Below, piece after piece: positions 45,950 through 55,009 of a stretch of 64,000 nt of DNA. Made by a program: the position numbers and the translations under genes. The stretch comes from a candidate division FCPU426 bacterium (GTDB lineage Bacteria; Oederibacteriota; Muellerivitia; Muellerivitales; Muellerivitaceae). Within the stretch, counting starts at the first letter, position 1. Each line of letters begins with the position of its first letter. The stretch lies in assembly GCA_003152075.1 (NCBI GenBank), contig PLZG01000111.1:22677-86676 (forward strand), given 5' to 3'. The notes beneath the pieces were generated by a model. It was given only the letters and a program-made list of their open reading frames with translations, did no database searches and had not been told where the DNA came from.

Positions 45950-47165
45950 ATTCCCTGGTTCTTTTGAAGATCAGGTAAACCCCCGCCATCATTAGGAAGC
46001 AGAATATCCCGCCCGCCTGAAGGGCCGTACCCGACCCGGTCTTCCCCGCCAGCCAACCCATGCAATAGCTCCCAATCGGCATGCCGCCCCCGAAAACCAT
46101 GGCCCAGAGCCCCATGATCCTGCCCCGTAAGTGCGAGGGGGATTGGGTCTGCAGCAGGCTGTTGGAGGTGGAAAAGAAAATGGTCAATCCGAAGGCCGCC
46201 CAAAACAACAGTCCATCGGCCGCCCAAGGATTTTTTTGGAACCCGAAAAAAAAAATGAAGAAGCTAAAGAGAGCCACTCCCCCGTAAAGGGTGGATTCCC
46301 TCACCAACCGTTCTCCATGGGTAGCCACCAGCAAGGCCGCCACGCAGGAACCCAACCCAGCGGAAGAAAGGGCGAAGACGTAGCCCCATTCAGCTTGGCC
46401 CAGTTGAATTTTCACGAATGCCGCGAGTTGGGATTGGTAGGCCCATCCGCCCAGGCTCATGATGAAAAGCATCAGCATGGCGCGGAGCATCAGCGGGTTC
46501 TTAAGCACATAGACCATCCCCTCCAGTAGGTGTTCCAGGCGGTTGGTGGGCCTCGGTCGGGGCTCGTGCCTCAAGCGGATACGGTAAAGGCCGTAAAGCA
46601 CGGCGAGGAAACTGAACCCGTCCAGGAGGAAACACCAGGCCGGGCCGAAGGCCGCCAGTAGGGGTCCGCCCAAAGCTGGGCCCAGAATGCGGGAAGCGTT
46701 CACCATGGCGCTGTTCAGGGAAATGGCGTTCACCAGGTCCTTCGGGCCTACCAACTCCATCATGAGGGCCTGGCGGGAAGGCATCTCAAAGGCGTGGGCC
46801 GTCCCCCAAAAGAGGGCGAAAAGCTTGAGCTCGCCGATGGTGATATGGCCGGAAAAAACCAGGATAGCGAGAGCAAGGGAAGAAATGAGGGCGGTCCAGC
46901 TGGCCACCTTGAAGACCAACAATTTGGAAAAACGGTCTGCCACCGAGCCGGCGTAAACCGAGAAGAGGAGGTTGGGCAGGGTGTGGAGGGTGTAAACCAG
47001 CCCCAATTGGTACTCTGAGTGGGTCAGGTTAAAGGCCACCCAGCCCATGGCCATGGTGCGGGCCGCCGTGCCCAGCAGGGAAACGGACTGACCCAGGTAA
47101 AAATATCGGTAGTTGGGAATGCGAAGGGAGGAAAAGGTCCTGGTCCAGGCCGAAGCAGTTTTCAT
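45948..47165 (-). CDS. MFS transporter (EntS/MFS_3-like)
   Basis: 405 aa, 12 TM. N-terminus NYRYFYLGQSVSLLGT..VYAGSVADRF. Confidence 0.8.
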   Translation of the reverse strand: MKTASAWTRTFSSLRIPNYRYFYLGQSVSLLGTAARTMAMGWVAFNLTHSEYQLGLVYTLHTLPNLLFSVYAGSVADRFSKLLVFKVASWTALISSLALAILVFSGHITIGELKLFALFWGTAHAFEMPSRQALMMELVGPKDLVNAISLNSAMVNASRILGPALGGPLLAAFGPAWCFLLDGFSFLAVLYGLYRIRLRHEPRPRPTNRLEHLLEGMVYVLKNPLMLRAMLMLFIMSLGGWAYQSQLAAFVKIQLGQAEWGYVFALSSAGLGSCVAALLVATHGERLVRESTLYGGVALFSFFIFFFGFQKNPWAADGLLFWAAFGLTIFFSTSNSLLQTQSPSHLRGRIMGLWAMVFGGGMPIGSYCMGWLAGKTGSGTALQAGGIFCFLMMAGVYLIFKRTRE

Positions 47166-47251
47166 GACGCCATACTATCATTGAATGAAGGCGCCGATTC
47201 CCGGAAAACTTTGCCCGCTAAGTTTTCGGGCGGTTTATGGCTTAAACCGGA

Positions 47252-50200
47252 TTATTGGATCACCATCAGCTGAAGAGTTTTCCTTCCCATCCATTTTCCA
47301 TTGGCGTCAATCCATTTCACGGTCGCCAGGTAGGTGCCGCTGGCAATCCCCTGCGCTTTCCAGGTGGCCTGGCTAGTCCCCTTCCCGCCATTGACCACTT
47401 TCACCAGTTCCCCGCCGAGAGTGTAAATCCTGGCCGTAAGAGTCGCGCCCAGGGATGAATCAACCTTGAAAGTGGTTTGACTGGAGGTTCCCGACAAGTG
47501 GTTAGGTTGGGCCCAAACAACACCGGTAGCCGCTCCCCCAGTAACAGTGATATCCTTCACAATGGTTCCGTTTCCTCCTTTCCCGTCCTCCCATCGCGAT
47601 TCCACCCAATATTTACCCTGGGTAACTAAAATTCCGCTGTCCGACCTGCCGTCCCAAGTCAAAATCACGGAAGCGGCTCCCGCCGCCGTCACCTGGATTT
47701 GAACCGAAGAGGCGCTGCCCCCCGGAGGACCGGAGGCGCTCAACACGGAGGAACTCAAAACTACGCCCGTCATCTCAGAAGAGGAGGAAGCCGCGACAAG
47801 CGAATATAAGTGACGAACTATTTCCCCGGCCTCATTGTAAATGTTGACCGTCACCCGTGCCAACGAACGGCTCACCATGACCTGTTGGGTCGTGCTGGTG
47901 ACCGCCCCCACCGAATCCACATTTTCCACTTTGATGTGATAAACCCCGTTGAGAACGGGGTCGCCGTTTCCGTTGGTACCATCCCAAGTGACAATCTCCT
48001 GTCCCAGGGCGTAAACCCCCACCAGGCTCCCCGAACCCTGAAGGGCCGAGATAACACTGCCACCGTTTAAGGAAAAAGAGTTGATGGGCTGGGTGGAATA
48101 CCGGACCCATAACTGTTTCACCAATTCCCCAGCCTCGTTATAAACCCCAATTTTGACCGTAACCTGCCCAGCTGGCGTGACTATGGGTGTGGGCGTAAAA
48201 CTAACGGTCCAGGTGACGGTAAAGCTGGGGGTCCAGGTCCAAGTCGGGGTCGAGGTTGAAGTCTTCGTGGAAGTGAGGGTTGGGATGAAAGTAAACGTGG
48301 ATGTTGAAGTCGGAGTATTCGTGGAAGTAGAAGTATTAGTGGGCGTAGGGCTGTTGGTGGAAGTGGGTGTCGCTGTCGCCGTCCAAGTGGCGGTTGGGGT
48401 ATAAGTCTGGGTAAAGGTTAGGGTGAAGCTGTTGGTAGCCGACGGGGTAAAACTGTTGGTGTTGGTTGAAGTTGGTGTGGCCGTATTGGTAGAAGTAAAA
48501 GAATTCGTAAAGGTAGCCGTAAAGCTGTTGGTGAGCGAATTTGTGGGGGTGGAGCTATTCGTCGAAGTAGGAGTGAAGGTCCTGGTAAATGTTGGAGTGG
48601 AGGTGTTCGTTGGCGTGCTGGTAAAGGTATTTGTTGAAGTATAAGTGGGGGTGAAACTATTGGTCGCGGTGAAAGTATTCGTCGGCGGGGAAGTTCCCGT
48701 GAAGGTCATGGTAGGTGTTGGGGTAATGGTGGGTGTGAAGCTATTGGTTGAGGTAAAGGTACTGGTAGGCGTGTTGGTTGAGGTGCTGGTGGAAGTGCTC
48801 GTCGAGGTATAGGTGGACGTGCTGGTGGAGGTGTTGGTCGATGTGAATGTTGGAGTAAAACTACTGGTAGGCGTATTGGTTGAGGTGGGCGTTGAAGTGG
48901 CTGTGGCCGTAAAGGTCTTGGTGGAGGTGTTCGTAAAGGTTGAGGTAAAGCTGTTAGTAGAAGTCGAGGTCGAGGTGGAAGTACTGGTGCTGGTGAAGCT
49001 GGAAGTCGAGGTAGCCGTGGCGGTCGACGTTGAAGTGTTGGTTGAGGTACTAGTCGAGGTCGAAGTAGGCGTACTAGTCTTCGTGGAAGTCGAGGTAGCC
49101 GTGGCTGTCGAAGTAGAGGTACTGGTGGATGTGCTCGTTGAGGTAGAAGTTGAGGTGGATGTGTTGGTGGAAGTGCTCGTCGAGGTTCGAGTGGGGGTAA
49201 AAGTAGAAGTAAAGGTCCGGGTGGCGGTGGAAGTGGACGTCGACGTACTGGTGGAGGTGCTCGTTGAAGTACTCGTTGAGCTAAAGGTCTGGGTAGCGGT
49301 AAAAGTGGGAGTGGCCGTGGGCGGACCCAGCGTGGTAGATTTAGTCGGCGACGGCGTTTTGGTGGGCGTGCACCCTCCCCCCGTGTTGGTGACCGCGTTG
49401 GTGACTTGTCCCCCCGTGAGCACGTCCGTTTCCCAGGCTTGGTTCACGATGTCCTGACATCCCTTCTTGACGGTCACGTCGAAGGTCAGCGTGCCCCCCG
49501 TTCCCGCCGGCACCGTTCCCACATCCCAGCAGATGGTGTCACCCGGACTTGTACCCGTCCAGGTGATGGCGCCCAAGGCCGGGTTTGCGGCGGCCGTGGT
49601 AGAAATAAATTTCGTGTCCGTGGGGATGGAATCGCACACCTGCATGCCGTCGATGGCGACCGTTCCCGTATTGGCGTAATTAATGGTGTAGGTCAGCGTG
49701 TCGCCGGCCATGACTGGTCCTGGCGGATTGACCGACTTGTTGATTTTCAACTGGGGGGTTATGCAGGTCTGCCAGGCTACGTTGTCCAGGTATCCCAGGC
49801 TGTAATGGCCGTCGCCGTCGCAGTCATGGGCGGTAACCACCAGCGTCACCTGCTGCCCCGCGTAAGCGCATAAGTTGACGCTTTGTTCCGTCCAGGGGAT
49901 ATATCCCCAATCCGGAAGGGGGCTGTCGTTGGTGATGGGGCAACCCGAAAAAGTTCCGGCGCCTTGGGTGCCGGTGGGTACCACCAAACTTGTGGAATAG
50001 CCCCAACCGTAACGAATGCTGGAAATCGTTACGCCGCCCGCCCCGCCTGTTCCACCGCCGATGATCACGTCGGCTTCCACGTAGGAGTCCTTGAAGGTAT
50101 CCCCTGTGACATAATGCTTGTCCTCCAAAACTGCGGCGATCCAGTAGGAGAGGCAGCATTGGCCGTTGGAGGGTACGGTGTCCGATTGCCATACTTGGGC

Positions 50201-50632
50201 CCAATCCGCGAAGGCGGCGTCGCCCATGGAGGAGAAAAGCTGGATCGCGTAGGTGCCCGACTGGACCATGGACAATCCCCCCGGGGTTAGGGTGCCGAGC
50301 GAATCAGGAGACGGGCCCATTCCCGTATTGACTACCTTGGAGGTGGGATTACCGCAGACCAGACTGCCCGCGTTTCCCGTGGCAGTGGTCCAGCCAGTCA
50401 GGTTTCCGGTCTCGAATCCTGGATTGACCCAGGCTCGGGCCGGCGTCATTCCCACGGAGATAAATAATCCCAACGCCAAGGCAAAGATATCCTTAAAAGC
50501 CTTTTTCCGGGAAGGACACGTGGGTGCGAAGCCTCGAAAGAAGCTTAATGGAACCGGTTTCATTTGTATCGCGCCGAGTTCAACCGTCGCAAGATTCATT
50601 TTCATTGGTCTTCTCTGGGGTGGAGCCATCAA
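47252..50632 (-). CDS. Secreted protein: jelly-roll-like N-domain, DUF11 repeat, ~390-aa Ser/Thr linker, three FlgD-Ig/CTD-like domains
   Basis: [17 protein letters not shown]11 block [23 protein letters not shown]. (TS)n tract. C-terminus ..[27 protein letters not shown]. The true start is uncertain (50632, 50605 or 50563). Confidence 0.8.
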   Translation of the reverse strand: MMAPPQRRPMKMNLATVELGAIQMKPVPLSFFRGFAPTCPSRKKAFKDIFALALGLFISVGMTPARAWVNPGFETGNLTGWTTATGNAGSLVCGNPTSKVVNTGMGPSPDSLGTLTPGGLSMVQSGTYAIQLFSSMGDAAFADWAQVWQSDTVPSNGQCCLSYWIAAVLEDKHYVTGDTFKDSYVEADVIIGGGTGGAGGVTISSIRYGWGYSTSLVVPTGTQGAGTFSGCPITNDSPLPDWGYIPWTEQSVNLCAYAGQQVTLVVTAHDCDGDGHYSLGYLDNVAWQTCITPQLKINKSVNPPGPVMAGDTLTYTINYANTGTVAIDGMQVCDSIPTDTKFISTTAAANPALGAITWTGTSPGDTICWDVGTVPAGTGGTLTFDVTVKKGCQDIVNQAWETDVLTGGQVTNAVTNTGGGCTPTKTPSPTKSTTLGPPTATPTFTATQTFSSTSTSTSTSTSTSTSTSTATRTFTSTFTPTRTSTSTSTNTSTSTSTSTSTSTSTSTSTATATSTSTKTSTPTSTSTSTSTNTSTSTATATSTSSFTSTSTSTSTSTSTNSFTSTFTNTSTKTFTATATSTPTSTNTPTSSFTPTFTSTNTSTSTSTYTSTSTSTSTSTNTPTSTFTSTNSFTPTITPTPTMTFTGTSPPTNTFTATNSFTPTYTSTNTFTSTPTNTSTPTFTRTFTPTSTNSSTPTNSLTNSFTATFTNSFTSTNTATPTSTNTNSFTPSATNSFTLTFTQTYTPTATWTATATPTSTNSPTPTNTSTSTNTPTSTSTFTFIPTLTSTKTSTSTPTWTWTPSFTVTWTVSFTPTPIVTPAGQVTVKIGVYNEAGELVKQLWVRYSTQPINSFSLNGGSVISALQGSGSLVGVYALGQEIVTWDGTNGNGDPVLNGVYHIKVENVDSVGAVTSTTQQVMVSRSLARVTVNIYNEAGEIVRHLYSLVAASSSSEMTGVVLSSSVLSASGPPGGSASSVQIQVTAAGAASVILTWDGRSDSGILVTQGKYWVESRWEDGKGGNGTIVKDITVTGGAATGVVWAQPNHLSGTSSQTTFKVDSSLGATLTARIYTLGGELVKVVNGGKGTSQATWKAQGIASGTYLATVKWIDANGKWMGRKTLQLMVIQ
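48170..49370. repeat. Ser/Thr-coding low-complexity DNA (TSTSTS / TxT units)
   Basis: Runs of AGTCGAGGT / GGTGGAAGT-type units. This produces the spurious V/E-rich plus-strand ORFs 48153..49457. Confidence 0.85.
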
Positions 50633-50659
50633 GCCCCGCCGGATCTAAAAAGTCGCGCG

Positions 50660-50816
50660 TCCCGCCCGGCGGGAAAATTAACGCTTCTGTGCCGAGACCT
50701 CAAGTCGAGGCACACTCTTTGAATGTGCTAACGCAAAAAGCGTTAGCGCACTTATGCCGAATCCACAAGATGAGGCATAAGCCTTAGCGTGTTGATGCCC
50801 AAACAGGCATCAACGC
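50660..50816 (-). other. Array of five consecutive stem-loops in the GH28-to-DUF11 gene spacer
   Basis: TCCCG/CGGGA; TGTGCC..GAC/GTC..GGCACA; GCTAACGC-A5-GCGTTAGC; CTTATGCC-N15-GGCATAAG; GTTGATGCC-N6-GGCATCAAC. The last one overlaps the GH28 stop. Confidence 0.6.
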
Positions 50817-53533
50817 AGGATTAGTAATTTCTCAACGTAGTGCTTGCCGTCGATGCGCACATCCACGTAATAAACCCCGTTGGCGAGGGCCGCTCCCGTT
50901 TGATCGGTCAAGGGAATGGTGAAATCCACCGTGCCCGGGCCCTTTTGGCCCAGGGTTTCCTTCCAGATTTTGCGCATGGACACGGTAAAGAGTTCCACAT
51001 CGATATAGGAACTGCTCGTCAAACCAGTAATTTGGATATGAGCGGGGGTCAACCCCGTCGAGGGGTTCGGATAAATGACCACTCTAATTCCCGAAACCGG
51101 AGTAAAGGTCGCGGTGGAGGTAACTGTTGCGGTGGGCGTGTTAGTGGAAGTATGCGTTGGCGGAACCGAAGTAAAGGTCGAAGTAAACGAGGGAGTCGCG
51201 GTTCTCGTAAACGTTAGCGTAGGAGGCACCGGAGTTTTGGTGGAAGTGGGCGGAACAGGTGTGAAAGTGGCCGTGGGAGGCACGGGGCTATTGGTTCGTG
51301 TCGGTGTCGGAGTACTGGTGGCGGTGGGCGGGACTGGTGTTTTGGTTTTGGTAGGCGGGATCGCCGTGAATGTCGAAGTTGGAGGCAAAGCTGTATTGGT
51401 GGGAGTTGCCGTTGGTGGAACGGCGGTCGTAGTAAAGGTGGGCGGCACCACCGTAAAGGTATTAGTGGGAGGGACTGGAGTATTGGTATTGCTAGGCAAG
51501 GGAGTATTCGTGGCGGTCGGGGGCACCGGGGTATTCGTCATCGTGGGCGGCAGGGGCGTAAGCGTGGATGTCGGAGGGACCGCCGTGAAGCTGTTGGTAG
51601 GTGAAGGAGTCAAACTGGGCGGCACTGATGTGTTAGTTGGCGTAGCCGAAGGCGTAGCGGTGAGGGACTCCGTAGGCGTCATCGAAGCCGTGGGCGGTAC
51701 AGGTGTGTTCGTATTGGTCGGCGGCACGGGTGTATTGGTCCTCGTCGGTGAAGCCGTAAAGGTCGAAGTAGGAGGAATGGGTGTATTGGTAGGGGTTGAC
51801 GTGGGTGGAACGGACGTAGGGGTAAAGGATGGAGTTGCCGTTTTCGTGAAGGTTGAAGTCGGCGGAACCGGCGTATTTGTCATCGTCGGGGGTACCGGTG
51901 TGTTGGTGGAGGTCTTGGTCGGCGTGGAGGATAGAGTAGGTGTTTGAGTGAAAGTCGAAGTCGGTGGCACAGGCGTATTGGTATTGGTGGGAGGAACCGG
52001 TGTATTGGTTTTAGTGGCCGTAGCCGTAAAGGTCATCGTCGGGGGCACAGACGTATTCGTCGTGGAGAAGGTAAAAGTGAGTGTGGGCGGCACGGGAGTA
52101 TTGGTTTTGGTGAAAGTCATCGTATTCGTGGACGTTGGTGGAATGGGTGTATTGGTCTTGGTAGAGGTAAACGTCGGTGTATTCGTGGGTGGAACCGGCG
52201 TGAATGTGAAAGTCCGCGTGGGAGTGTTGGTCGCGGGCATCGGAGTAAAGGTACGCGTAAAAGTCGGCGTGGGATTCGACCCGCAAGACGGATAGGTAAT
52301 AGTGGCGTCGAAAGAACCAATATCCGTGGGCGGCGCTTGGCCGTCTACGCGGACGTTGCACATGACAGTGACACCCCTGGCGTGGTGGAACTCGAAGTTG
52401 ACCCCGCTGGGGCCGGTCACGGTAACCGCATCCAGCAAAACGTTGGAGACGGGGGCTTCCGGCACGGCCCACATGATACCCGGGCTCTTGGCCCCGCTGG
52501 CCGTCGAGGCCGTAATGTTGCGAAGGGTGATGTTGCTCCAAAAGGGCGTGGTGCTGGTAACAGTGGCCGATGTATCCGATGTGGGCGGGAGGGAGGAAGG
52601 ATTGGGATACCAGCTGGTGAGGAAGAAGGGATAACTCAGGATGCCCGTCATAGTGATATTGGAATAGGTGAGGTTGTCGATGATTCCCCCGCGGTCACGG
52701 CCGGTTTTCCAGCGGATGCCATACTGGGTCCCGGTGAAGGTGCAGCTATCCACCAGCAGGTTGCTCACTCCGCCCTGGGTATAACCGCCGATGGAGAGTC
52801 CGTGGCCTGTCCCGAAGGCGCAATTGCGGATGGTGATTCCCTGGCAATTGTCCGAGCTGCCGCCAATCTGGATCACGTCGTCCCCATCGCTAATATAACA
52901 ATTCTCAATCAGGTAATTTTTTCCCCGCAGGTCGATGCCATCCGTGTTGGGGGAAGGCCAGGCGGCGGTGATGCTCACCCCCCCGATGTAAACACCGTTC
53001 ATGGACCCTAAGGTCTGGACATGGAACTTAGGCGAGTCCTTCACCGTGATCCCCATCAGCGTCACATTCGAGGACTTGGTGATTTCGATCATGGCTGGCG
53101 GCCGGTTGTCCGTACCGCCGTTGTTGAAGGCCGTCCACCAGGCCGCGCCCTGGCCGTCCATGGTTCCGGAGCCGTTGATGGTGAGGTTACTCAAACCCGT
53201 GCCGTAAACGAAATCCGTGTTTTGGGGGAAGGTCCCCATGGCCGTCATCCGCAGGATGGAACCGGCGGCTAGCTGGAAGGTCATGTTGCTTTTCAGGGTA
53301 ACGGGGCCGCTGAGGAAGGTTCCGGAGGGAACCACTACCGTTCCGCCGCTTCCCACCGCGTTGATGGCGGCTTGAATGGCGGAAGCGTTATCGGCACTGC
53401 CCGTTGAGGCGTTATAAGGGGCGGAGGTAATCGTGAGGGTTTGGGCCGATGCGGAAAGAGCGGAAAGGAAAAGAGCGGCGCAGAACAACCGAAAAGACCA
53501 CGCATGGCCGAAAACGTTTTGATAGGTTCTCAT
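50810..53533 (-). CDS. GH28 polygalacturonase-like glycoside hydrolase with a ~400-aa (N)TPVPPT-repeat linker and CTD
   Basis: NTDGID, DGDDVIQIG, GHGLSIGG and IRWKT catalytic signatures. C-terminus IYPNPSTGL...NGVYYVDVRIDGKHYVEKLLILR. Confidence 0.9.
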   Translation of the reverse strand: MRTYQNVFGHAWSFRLFCAALFLSALSASAQTLTITSAPYNASTGSADNASAIQAAINAVGSGGTVVVPSGTFLSGPVTLKSNMTFQLAAGSILRMTAMGTFPQNTDFVYGTGLSNLTINGSGTMDGQGAAWWTAFNNGGTDNRPPAMIEITKSSNVTLMGITVKDSPKFHVQTLGSMNGVYIGGVSITAAWPSPNTDGIDLRGKNYLIENCYISDGDDVIQIGGSSDNCQGITIRNCAFGTGHGLSIGGYTQGGVSNLLVDSCTFTGTQYGIRWKTGRDRGGIIDNLTYSNITMTGILSYPFFLTSWYPNPSSLPPTSDTSATVTSTTPFWSNITLRNITASTASGAKSPGIMWAVPEAPVSNVLLDAVTVTGPSGVNFEFHHARGVTVMCNVRVDGQAPPTDIGSFDATITYPSCGSNPTPTFTRTFTPMPATNTPTRTFTFTPVPPTNTPTFTSTKTNTPIPPTSTNTMTFTKTNTPVPPTLTFTFSTTNTSVPPTMTFTATATKTNTPVPPTNTNTPVPPTSTFTQTPTLSSTPTKTSTNTPVPPTMTNTPVPPTSTFTKTATPSFTPTSVPPTSTPTNTPIPPTSTFTASPTRTNTPVPPTNTNTPVPPTASMTPTESLTATPSATPTNTSVPPSLTPSPTNSFTAVPPTSTLTPLPPTMTNTPVPPTATNTPLPSNTNTPVPPTNTFTVVPPTFTTTAVPPTATPTNTALPPTSTFTAIPPTKTKTPVPPTATSTPTPTRTNSPVPPTATFTPVPPTSTKTPVPPTLTFTRTATPSFTSTFTSVPPTHTSTNTPTATVTSTATFTPVSGIRVVIYPNPSTGLTPAHIQITGLTSSSYIDVELFTVSMRKIWKETLGQKGPGTVDFTIPLTDQTGAALANGVYYVDVRIDGKHYVEKLLILR
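51080..52270. repeat. Degenerate tandem repeats encoding TPVPPT(N/S)T units
   Basis: Dozens of PVPPT occurrences in the translation. These produce the spurious G/V-rich plus-strand ORFs 51075..52295. Confidence 0.85.
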
Positions 53534-53668
53534 TATTCCACCTCGGTTTTTAAGTCCCGTTCTTCAAAACGAGACAAACTTCTATGTCCCTTAGAGACAT
53601 GACCGGGCGGCTTTATTCCCTTGGTAGGTTTTTTTTATAGTTTTTAGTTTATCGATAAAAACGAAGGT

Positions 53669-55009
53669 TTACTTGGACATATTTGAAGCTTTATATTTTT
53701 CCAACCACCCCCGGAGGGGGCTATTATCCGGTTTGAGTTTCAGGACATTCTCGAAACAACGCACCGCGTATTCCTTCTTCCCCAGCTGGTAATAAAGCCT
53801 CCCCATGGCGGACCAAAGCAGGTCGTTTCGGGGTGTTTCCTTCAAGGCTTCGGCGTAGATCTTCAAGGCCTCGTTCCACTTCCCCTCCTTTTCCAGGCCT
53901 TGTCCCTCGGCCAGGGGATCGGTGGAAATTTTGAAGTGCACTTCCACGTCCTTCGGGTTTGAGACAGGTTCTGGCACCGGCTGGAGCACGGTGACAGGCA
54001 CCTGGACCTTCACCACTTCCTTGGGCAGTTCGAACTGATAGGACAGGCTGACGCGGTGGGACACGCCCAAGCTGCCGAAGGGCAGGTAGGCGTAATCCAG
54101 GGACAAGGACTCAATCTTTACGCCGGCTCCGGCGGTGAAATTGGTGAACCCACTGACCTGGTTGTCGGTAAAGGGCAGTTGGTATCCGGCCCTCAAGGAC
54201 CAGCGCTTGTCCAATACCAGTTCCCCTCCCGCCTGCGCCGCTCCCAAGTTGGTGGAAAACCAGGAACCCGAAAGAGCTAAAAGAAACCGATCGCGGGAAC
54301 TCAAATCGAAAGTGGCCGAGGCCCCTCCCTGGAATTGTCCAGTCAGGGAATGGCCTGCGACGGCAGTGCCCAGGTTGGAATAGGCCGCCCCCAGGCGGAA
54401 ATTCTTCACGGGCGACCACAAAACCCCCAGGTCGCCCGCCAGACTGGTATAGAGGTCGTTGACGACTTTTTGCTGAACCGCCCTGACCGCTACCCCTGCG
54501 GAAAATCCCTCAGTCCACTCCATTCCCCAGGCCGCCGTGAGGCCGATGTCCGTATCATTAAAAGCCCCCTGGGAAACACCCGAGCTGTCCCGCAAATCCA
54601 GGGCCCCCCAGTTGATGTAACTCAAGGCCAAGCCCAGTCCCCCCTTGTTTCCGGCGGGAAAGGCCGCCGACAGGGTTTCCTGGAAGGTTCCGGCCAGGTA
54701 GCTGTTGTGGTGCAGGGAAACCTCCGGACTTCGCATTCCGGACAGGCCCGCGCTGTTGTAAAAGAGGGCCGAGCCGTCATCCGCCACGGCCACGAAAGCC
54801 GACCCCATCCCCAGGTCCCGAGCCGAACCTTGCAGGTTCAACAATGGCACGGCGCCACTCGCCGCGCTTGTTGCCGTCTGCGCAACAGCAACACCCAAAA
54901 CAAAAAAGGCCAACACAAAGCCACTAAGACACAAAGTTTTAAATATAAAAAATATCTTTACCTTTTTCTTAGAGACTTCGTGGCTTTGTGTTGGCCTTTG
55001 GTTTTTCAT
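53669..55009 (-). CDS. PorV/PorQ-like outer-membrane beta-barrel fused to a C-terminal TPR module
   Basis: Signal peptide. [29 protein letters not shown] (PorV/PorQ/UPF0164-type N-motif). Alternating beta-strand pattern ending ..SLSYQF. Then TPR ..[25 protein letters not shown]. Its ATG overlaps the upstream stop (ATGA). Confidence 0.6.
   Translation of the reverse strand: MKNQRPTQSHEVSKKKVKIFFIFKTLCLSGFVLAFFVLGVAVAQTATSAASGAVPLLNLQGSARDLGMGSAFVAVADDGSALFYNSAGLSGMRSPEVSLHHNSYLAGTFQETLSAAFPAGNKGGLGLALSYINWGALDLRDSSGVSQGAFNDTDIGLTAAWGMEWTEGFSAGVAVRAVQQKVVNDLYTSLAGDLGVLWSPVKNFRLGAAYSNLGTAVAGHSLTGQFQGGASATFDLSSRDRFLLALSGSWFSTNLGAAQAGGELVLDKRWSLRAGYQLPFTDNQVSGFTNFTAGAGVKIESLSLDYAYLPFGSLGVSHRVSLSYQFELPKEVVKVQVPVTVLQPVPEPVSNPKDVEVHFKISTDPLAEGQGLEKEGKWNEALKIYAEALKETPRNDLLWSAMGRLYYQLGKKEYAVRCFENVLKLKPDNSPLRGWLEKYKASNMSK
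54905..54999. repeat. Perfect 20-bp inverted repeat inside codons 4-35 of the PorV-like gene
   Basis: AAAGGCCAACACAAAGCCAC (54905..54924) and GTGGCTTTGTGTTGGCCTTT (54980..54999). Confidence 0.9.

Noticed and set aside
48170-49370. Possibility that the periodic linker DNA represents a CRISPR array or satellite.
   Set aside because: There is no alternation of constant repeats with unique spacers. The periodicity is in frame and lies inside continuous ORFs with flanking folded domains.
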